From: Chrysomallon squamiferum
Lineage: Eukaryota > Animalia > Mollusca
Assembly: GCA_012295275.1 (NCBI GenBank)
Contig: CM022679.1
Span: forward strand, 13,082,001 to 13,146,000
Length of the DNA stretch: 64,000 nt
Reading direction: 5' to 3'
Shown in pieces: positions 56,401 through 64,000 of the stretch. Position numbers and translations under genes: made by a program. Numbering within the stretch: the first letter of the stretch is position 1; the number at the start of each line of letters is the position of its first letter. The notes beneath the pieces were generated by a model, which saw only the letters and a program-made list of their open reading frames with translations, searched no databases and was not told the origin of the DNA.

Positions 56401-57900
56401 TTTAGCAGTGTGGCTTACGCCAGCTCTGAGAACAGTACCCAACATGTACGTGGTATCTCTTGCCGTGGCAGACTTTCTTACAGGAGCAACCATTCCATAC
56501 TACTCGAGTAATTTATACGAACCTTTTCAGAAATATCTGGATAGAAGAAAATATACTTGTCTTTTCCGCTATGTTTTTTTATACGCTTTCGCGGCCAACT
56601 CCTTTTTCTGTATGGTTGGAATAGCTTTTGACCGATACTCGTGCATAATTTACCCACTCCACTACATACGAACATCAACTCCGGCAAAAGCTGTGTATGC
56701 AATACTTTCCTTTTGGGTGGCTGCTATTTCTTTAGGACTTATTCCTTTGTTCTACAATACGTATTCCCCTAAAACTGGGTGCCATTCTTTCAAAGTTATT
56801 AAGCCTCAATACAGAATATTTTTTGTTAGCCCTGTTTTCTTCTTGTGTTGTCTGCTTGCTGTTTTTTTCTATGGAAATATTATATCAGTCGCTTTACCAC
56901 ATCAACGAAAACTAACCAAAGCACAAACAACAGCGGATCGTAAGTATATGTGGAACCGAAGTGAAATGAAGTCCTTACGAATGTTTATTGTTGTATTTGG
57001 GACTTTTTTTGTTTGCTGGACGCCACTTTTTGTAATGCAGATTTTGCTATATTTCAGGCCAGTTTCTGAAACAGCTTTCAAATCTTTTCTCAGTTTAGGC
57101 CTTTTCAATTCTGGGATGAATTTCGTAATATATGCGTATCAAAATAAACAATTCCGCCGTGCCTTCAAGTCACTGGTTGGCATGAGTGATAGTGATTCAG
57201 TATCTACGGTCAGTACAGATCGCATAAACTACCCTGCTACCACAGCTCTTGGATTTGTGGGGAATTAATTATTTATTTCCATCTTTGATAGGGAACAAAG
57301 AAGAATGTATAAAGAAGAATTATAATTCTTACAATTTGTTTTTCATCAAAAAGCGCTACCATACTAAAGAAAAACAGTTGCAGCAATTAAGTTTACAAAA
57401 TCTATTTTTGAAAATGTGTTTTATCTCCTCTAATTGTTTAGAATCGAAATACATATCTAATTAATGTGAACGTAATACTGTAATCTTAAAATATTTTTAT
57501 TTTTGTTAATCTTATTACTACTACTACTACTGCTAGCGCTATTACCAATTTGTTATGTTATAATAATGATCAAAACAACGTATGTAGGAGAATTAGACTA
57601 GAGTTGAAAGTAAATAAAAATAAACGTAACCCAAAAAGGAGATTCAGAGTAAAATGCAGCAGTTAAAACGGAAAGGAAAACAAGCCAGGATTTATTAATG
57701 TACAAAACTGAAGATAGCAGGGACTAACAAATAGTCAGTTTAAGAGAGCAGTGAAAGTAACGCAGAAGTGTCAGCGAAACAGTGAATTCAAGATAGCAAG
57801 GAGACTAAACAGTAGAGAAATACATAATTTAGCACAATGAAGAACAAAACAGATTCCTTAAAGAACAGAATTCAGTATGTCAGGTCTCATAGCATAATTA
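53420..57900 (+). repeat. Segmental duplication unit, copy 1 (contains GPCR gene 6)
   Basis: Collinear high identity with 57945-61110, from tatggcattatcagacaagg to agaattca..atgtcagg. Confidence 0.9.
56276..57268 (+). CDS. Class A orphan GPCR, cluster gene 6, 330 aa
   Basis: GN, LAVADF, CLFRY, DRY, CWTP, NSGMNFVIY; splice acceptor ttttcag at 56230, just 5' of the ATG. Confidence 0.95.
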   Translation: MNVSNPKENITTTHVIKPEQIVLMVVNGLLIIFICTGNSFTILAVWLTPALRTVPNMYVVSLAVADFLTGATIPYYSSNLYEPFQKYLDRRKYTCLFRYVFLYAFAANSFFCMVGIAFDRYSCIIYPLHYIRTSTPAKAVYAILSFWVAAISLGLIPLFYNTYSPKTGCHSFKVIKPQYRIFFVSPVFFLCCLLAVFFYGNIISVALPHQRKLTKAQTTADRKYMWNRSEMKSLRMFIVVFGTFFVCWTPLFVMQILLYFRPVSETAFKSFLSLGLFNSGMNFVIYAYQNKQFRRAFKSLVGMSDSDSVSTVSTDRINYPATTALGFVGN

Positions 57901-57944
57901 TAATAATAAGAAGAAGAAGAAGAGAAATTTATTTGTTCGTTTTT

Positions 57945-60900
57945 GTTATATGGCATTATCAGACAAGGAAAGAAACAGAATATATAGAATTTTTTTTTTT
58001 TATTAGTATTAATTCCTCTAAAAGATGTTTTGATATATATATAAACCTTAGTAAAGATATTAGCCTTTGAAAATAAATCAGAACTGTATATAAAAGAGGA
58101 AAAAATATAAACAGAGAGTTTATCAATAGAAAATAAAGAATATTTTATACATAGTCTTCACCAGAAATTAATAACTTGAGAAATAGTCTATAAACGAATA
58201 GGAAAAATACCTTGAATGGACACCGAGAGATAGAACAGCTGATGTTACAAAAGATGCACTCATTTACATATATCTGTTTATTTGAGAAGTTAAATCCAGG
58301 AGCATAGCCAGGTTTCAAAATTAATGGAAGCCAGAACATACAAAAGGCGCCATGAAACGTACACGAATATCTTTTAAACTCATTAGACATGCTTATTTTG
58401 TATTTAAAATCAATACACAATGTAAAAAATAATAATAACAAAAATTTAAAACAGAAGAAGAAGAAAGAAAGAATAAAAATATAATAACATAAGTGGTTAT
58501 TTTTTAATATTTATTTTTTGTTGTTCTTGTTATTTTTAATTTATTATTTTAATTCTAAACATAAAATGAAACAAAACGAAGCAATTTGCAACATACGTCG
58601 AGTAGTTGCTTTTGTCTAGGCTTAATTCCAGTAGTATCCATTATTTTAGCATAATCCACATCGATAGCCAATTCTTTTTCACTGGAGAGCGAAGATAACT
58701 CAGTCTATACATGCTTTTAGTAATAAATTAAAATAAAATAAAATATGTAAGAAATAATTATTGTTGAAAAGGCGCCAGTTTTTAAGAAAGTGTTTTTCCC
58801 TTTCTCCCCATCTATCTACGCTGCTGGTTACCGCTTCTTTCACGAGGACATCAAGTTATAAATAAGATAGCTGGGAATGTTAGTCGGCCATTTTGAATTT
58901 CCACCCCTGGCTGAAGGGGGGTCTCCTTAGTTTATTTAGTTCATATTACGTCAACCGTGGGTGTCATAAAATTACGTTGCAAAAAAAAAAAAAAAAAAAA
59001 AAACTACGTACATGTTTATGTCTTGGAAGCAGTTTTCAAAACCCTTCAAACAATCGTGCTAGTTTAACTCGGTTCCCAGGGATAAGTTAAACATTTTCTA
59101 GGTATGTACTAGTGTTCAAATACGGATCAGTGTATGATGGAATTATTTAATGTACAGAAATTCTAAAACACGAATTATAGATAGATAACAATACTGTATT
59201 AGCAGTAGTAGCAGTAGTAGTAGTATGGGCCATGACGTCATCTGAAAACGTTTTGACCACTGTTTTCTGTTTTTAGAAACGGAAAAAGAATAATTATTTT
59301 AGAAAGTTATCACAGAAAATTACAATTACTTTAACGGGCAAAATTCTTGCATATGCACTGTAGTCTCATTAATTGCTTGATTAATTTATTATTCTATTTG
59401 TTTATTTTCAGAAGATCAGCTACAACATTTCACGTCATTATCATCAGTTGTAAAAATGAACGTATCAAATCCGATGGAAAATATAACAACAACATACGTC
59501 GTCAAACCAGCACAAATTGTTTTGATGGTCTTCAACGTGTTCCTAACTATTTTCATTTGCACTGGAAACTCTTTTACCATTTTAGCAGTGTGGCTTACGC
59601 CAGCTCTGAGAACAGTACCCAACATGTATGTGGTATCTCTTGCCGTGACAGACTTTCTTACAGGAGCAACCATTCCATACTACTCGAGTAATTTATACGA
59701 ACCTTTTCAGAAATATCTGGATAGAAGAAAATATACTTGTCTTTTCCGCTATGTTCTTATATACATTTTCGTGGCCAACTCCATGTTCTGTATGGTTGGA
59801 ATAGCTTTTGACCGATATTTGTACATTATTTACCCACTCCACTACATACGAATATCAACTCCGGCAAAAGCTTCGTATATAATACTTTCCTTTTGGACGC
59901 TTGCTATTTCTGTAGCAATTATTCCTTTGTTCTACAATACGTACTCTCCTGAAACTGGGTGCCACACTTTCCACGTTCTTAAGCCTCAATTCAGAGTATA
60001 TTTAGTTTGCCCTCTTTTCTTCTTGTGTTGTCTGCTTGCTGCTTTTTTCTATGGAAGTATCATATCTGTCGCTTTACCACATCAACGAAAATTAAGCCAA
60101 GAACAAACAGAAGATGGTCATAGGTTTACATGGAACCGAGGTGAACTGAAGTCCTTACGAATGTTTATTGTTGTATTTGGGACATTCTTTGTTTGCTGGA
60201 TGCCAATTTTTGTGATGATGATTTTGACATATCTGGGGCCAGTTTCTAAAAAAGCTTTCAGATTTTTTCTCATTTTAGGCCTTTTCAATTCTGGGATGAA
60301 TTTCCTAATATATGCGTATCAAAATAAACAATTCCGCCGTGCCTTCAAATCACTGGTTGGCATGAGTGATAGTGATTCAGTATCTGCGATCAGTACAGAT
60401 CGCACAAGCTACCCTGCTACCACAGCGTTTGGATTGGTGGGGAATTAATTTTTTATTTCCATCTTTGATAGTGAACAAAGTGAAACGTGAGGAAGAAGAA
60501 TTATAATTTTAAAACTGTTTTTTTTTTTTTCATCAAAAAGTGCTAACAACTAAAGAAATACAGTTGCAGCAATTAAGTTACAACATCTATTTTTCAAAAT
60601 GTGTTTTATCTCCTTTAATTGTTCAGAATCGAAATATATATCTAATTAATGTGAACGTAATATCGTAATCTTAAAATGTTTTACTTTTCTTCTTCTTCGT
60701 TTTATTATTACCACTATTATTATTACTGCTACTGGCACTATTACCAATTTATTAAGTTATAACATTGATCTTAATAATGGAATGTAGGAGAATTAGACTA
60801 AAGCTGAAAGTAAATACAAATAAACTGAACCTAGCAAGAACATTCAGAGTAATGTGCAGCAGTTAAAACAGAAACAAAACAAGCCAAGATTTTTAATGTA

Positions 60901-61110
60901 CAGAATTGAAGATAGCAGGAAAAATAAATCGGGACTAACAGTGAAATAGACAATTCAAGAGGACAGTGAAAATAAGGTGGAAGTGTCAGTGAAACAGTGA
61001 ATTCAAGATAGCAAGCGGACTAAACAGAAGAGAAATAAATAACTGAGCACAGAAAGAAGAACAAAACAGATTCCTTAAAGTATAGAATTCAAAATGTCAG
61101 GACTGATAGT
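57945..61110 (+). repeat. Segmental duplication unit, copy 2 (contains GPCR gene 7)
   Basis: Collinear with 53420-57900 but lacks the segments ~54376-54678 and ~55087-56139. Confidence 0.9.
59456..60448 (+). CDS. Class A orphan GPCR, cluster gene 7, 330 aa (recent duplicate of gene 6)
   Basis: Same length and near-identical termini to gene 6; LAVTDF, DRY, CWMP, NSGMNFLIY. Confidence 0.95.
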   Translation: MNVSNPMENITTTYVVKPAQIVLMVFNVFLTIFICTGNSFTILAVWLTPALRTVPNMYVVSLAVTDFLTGATIPYYSSNLYEPFQKYLDRRKYTCLFRYVLIYIFVANSMFCMVGIAFDRYLYIIYPLHYIRISTPAKASYIILSFWTLAISVAIIPLFYNTYSPETGCHTFHVLKPQFRVYLVCPLFFLCCLLAAFFYGSIISVALPHQRKLSQEQTEDGHRFTWNRGELKSLRMFIVVFGTFFVCWMPIFVMMILTYLGPVSKKAFRFFLILGLFNSGMNFLIYAYQNKQFRRAFKSLVGMSDSDSVSAISTDRTSYPATTAFGLVGN

Positions 61111-61249
61111 GAAATAATAATAATAAATAATAATAATAACAATAATAATAATATAGAATTCAAAATGTCAGGACTGATAGTAAATAATAAATAATAATAA
61201 TAATAATATAATAACAATTCAAAATAGTTCAAAATGGGACTGATAGTGA

Positions 61250-61285
<36 letters not shown>

Positions 61286-61352
61286 GCAGTTAATTAATAT
61301 TACAATAATAATAATAAAAAAAAATAATAATATAGAATTCAAAATGTCAGGA
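61081..61352. repeat. Compound tandem repeat (tatagaattcaaaatgtcaggactgatagt plus (AAT)n), about 4 copies
   Basis: Unit recurs at ~61081, ~61153, ~61228 and ~61331, at the end of duplication copy 2. Confidence 0.8.
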
Positions 61353-61719
61353 ATATAATTAAAGATTTGGTGTTTGTCATATTTTTTGTCCATGATGTAT
61401 ATATGTAGTTTTGCATTATTCCACACCAGCCGTGAGTTTGTAATCAGAAAAAGAACGAAAACAAAGGAACTGAAATGGGAATACAGGAATCCAATGACGC
61501 AACCACGGTAACGCCTTCAGCTGTCAAATTTTTTTTTTTTTTTTTTTATTGTTTTAAGCTGTATATAACAGATTGCTCATTCCAAATAAAATACAGTATT
61601 TGTTGTTTTTTTGTTTCTGAAACGTTTTTTAAATAAGAAAACTGAATTTATAAATGACAAATACTGTATTAAAAACCAAGTAAAAGAGAATGTAAAGAAA
61701 TAAATTGGTTTTGTAAAGT

Positions 61720-62172
61720 GTATTTATCTTGGAGATCAAATTATATTAACGCCTTTGGCTGGAGTTACAGCCTTTATCGACTCATTCAGCTTCAGCATGG
61801 TACATATCGTAGAAGTACTACGCTCGTACTGCCTAGCCAATTCGACAATATGCACACCATGTTCTTGTTTTTCTATGAGTTCAAGCTTTAATTCAATAGG
61901 AAATCATCCGCATCTTCTGTCCTTTGTCCTATTAATCATTTTCTTAGGATCCATGACCACAAAAAAGAAATATGGCAAAATACTGCACAAAAAGCAAGCA
62001 TAACACAACAGAGATGCTTCCGCGACGAGGTAACCACGTGAAGTAAAACGAATGAGACGTGGGATGCTGGCCGGATGTTATGTTGTTCGTTGCGCCAAAA
62101 AGAGGCGGCATGCATCTGCTCATAACTCGAAAAACTCGTAAGTTGGGGCATTCGTAAGTCGAGGTACCACTA
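61720..62172 (-). mobile_element. Tigger/pogo (Tc1-mariner superfamily) DNA transposon remnant: 5' TIR plus disrupted transposase N-terminus
   Basis: Minus strand from ATG 61954 gives MDPKKMINRTKDRRCG*FPIELKLELIEKQEHGVHIVELARQYERSTSTICTMLKLNESIKAVTPAKGVNII*, a psq/CENP-B-type HTH of TIGD1-like transposases. The terminus TA-TAGTGGTACCTCGACTTACGAA (62174-62151) resembles the Tigger TIR CAGTGGTACCTCG. Confidence 0.88.
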
Positions 62173-64000
62173 TATTTTTTTATTTTATTTTATTTTTTTA
62201 AATCTTGGCCCACGAGTCAGAAAGCATCATGTCGATTCTTCTCAACAAGAACCACCATTATTCTGTCTGTATGTTACAACACCAAAATTATGTATATTCA
62301 ATTTGAATGTATATGTGTGTACGTACATACATAAGTATGTATGTACGTACACACAGTTACTTTACACAGACTGAACTATTCGTCCTAATACAATGAATAT
62401 ATGTTAAGTCCATCATATAATCATTATATTAGAACGAATAGTTAAGTCTATATAATAAATACAATAATAAAAAAATAAAGAAAATACTACAGAGCGGAAG
62501 GCGAGCCAGTCATGCGTATTGTAATTTGAGCAACAAAAGCTACAAATGCATCAATGTATAGCAAGCAAGACGCTTTCTAGTTTTTAACCTGGGTTTATAA
62601 TATAATACAGAATTAAATATCTAGACAGCTGTATGTGATGCTGTTTCGGCAATTGCAATGAAAATTTTATTCACCTGAAGCATTATCCTTCAAAAATAAT
62701 CTTCAAGATGTGGAACGTAAATTGAATTAGGAAGCTTTTCTTGGAATTTTGCTACGGTTTGTTCTTCTGAGGCTGAAACAAATACACAAAATGGTTATAA
62801 AAACTAACAAACTGCCGTGTCAAATATACCAGTTGTTTATATATATACATATTTATATATATATATATACCATAGTAGCCACGAACAGATTTTTCTTTTT
62901 ATTTATTTATTTATTTTGTTATTTTATTTTATTTTATTTTTTTTATTAACTGCATATATACTTTTATTTTCAAATATTTATAATAAGAGATTGTTAACAT
63001 ATTTTTATCAACACGTGATTTTAAACAAAACTGACTCGAAAAGGCAAAACAACAACAACAAAACGAAGAAGAAAACGCTTTCTTACCTACAATGATATAA
63101 AATAAACCAGCGAAATTGATCCACATTTGACAAGCAAGCAATGACCTGTGTTGTATTATACGACCTTTACTCTGTTTGTTCTAGTCTGAAAAGAACAGTT
63201 CATAAATGATAACAACTGATAAAGGGTTGTGTGGCAGAGGGTGCAGCTTCTTAGATGCATCCATTTCATGGCGGCCTCCAGTACAAGAATTTAAAATTAA
63301 ATTTTTTTAGAAATTTGAAATTATATCTCATAATTTTATTGCACAAGCTGGCACCCAAAATGGACGATATATATTTAATCTGAATAAAAAGTTCATTTCA
63401 TCTGTTTTTACATATTAATCTTAAGATGAATTCCTTTCCCAACTTTCTCGGTGCTAGGACCTATACTTGAGTCTTGGAGGCATTAATTCAAGAAGTGGCA
63501 TAATTTCTTTTTGTGAATTTATATACCGTACCATGACTATGACCGTGTCTTGAAGATCACCTAAAATAGCACTCGGTTTGATGGTTCTGTTTAGAAAGAA
63601 GAATAAGAAGAAGGAAAGAAAGAAAGAATATTTATCTGGATAAGCATCTCCAATTGTCTGGACTGCTGTGCTCGTTCAAGTCATGATGGCGAGGCACCAT
63701 TTGATTATTCTTAGTCGCTATAGACTTTTTTGACTAAGAAAAGTTCGACTTCCGTGTTTATTATTATGACGTCACAAAGCCGTTCTGCTGAAAAACAAAT
63801 AACACGTCATCATTATATAATTAATTAGTGAAATTTTCGTTTCATTATTGCAAAGTTAGTTCTTTCAGAAAAAAGGAAGTTAAAAGGTAAGGTAATTCGT
63901 AGAACTGGTCGTGATTGGCTTTGTAGAATTAACTGTAAATGGTATGATAAATCGTCTGTACGAAAATTAAATATAAAAGAGAAAACTACATGCCTATTCT

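Noticed and set aside
53727-58441. Similar minus-strand ORFs 53727-54089 and 58145-58441
   Set aside because: The similarity comes from the recent segmental duplication. The ends differ, they run through homopolymers, and no domain is recognisable.

Overview
AT-rich, microsatellite-dense animal genomic DNA, probably a gastropod mollusc (inferred from the RTE/SINE repeats and gene content). There are no prokaryotic features. (1) 250-15598 (+): the last 27 coding exons (~1140 codons) of the NMD kinase SMG1, ending in its FATC domain, followed by a probably long 3'UTR. (2) 28891-22442 (-): a 4-exon, 236-aa gene with repeated 'H-x-S/T-x-F-x-L/I-G/A...Y/W-x-T' motifs, resembling TEX45/SAXO-type ciliary microtubule inner proteins. 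Its first intron holds a second CpG/YY1-type start with a micro-ORF exon (27134-27071), which may begin an interleaved micropeptide or small-RNA host transcript. A 59-nt element occurs twice along that path. (3) 31455-60448 (+): a tandem array of seven class A GPCRs with intronless CDSs. All have NFxxY instead of NPxxY and lack D3.32. They show striking charge changes at ligand-pocket positions, mosaic ancestry and a recent segmental duplication, consistent with a lineage-specific, possibly chemosensory receptor expansion. RTE LINE, SINE and Tigger remnants are also present. All gene models were built by eye from splice sites and reading frame; no searches were run.
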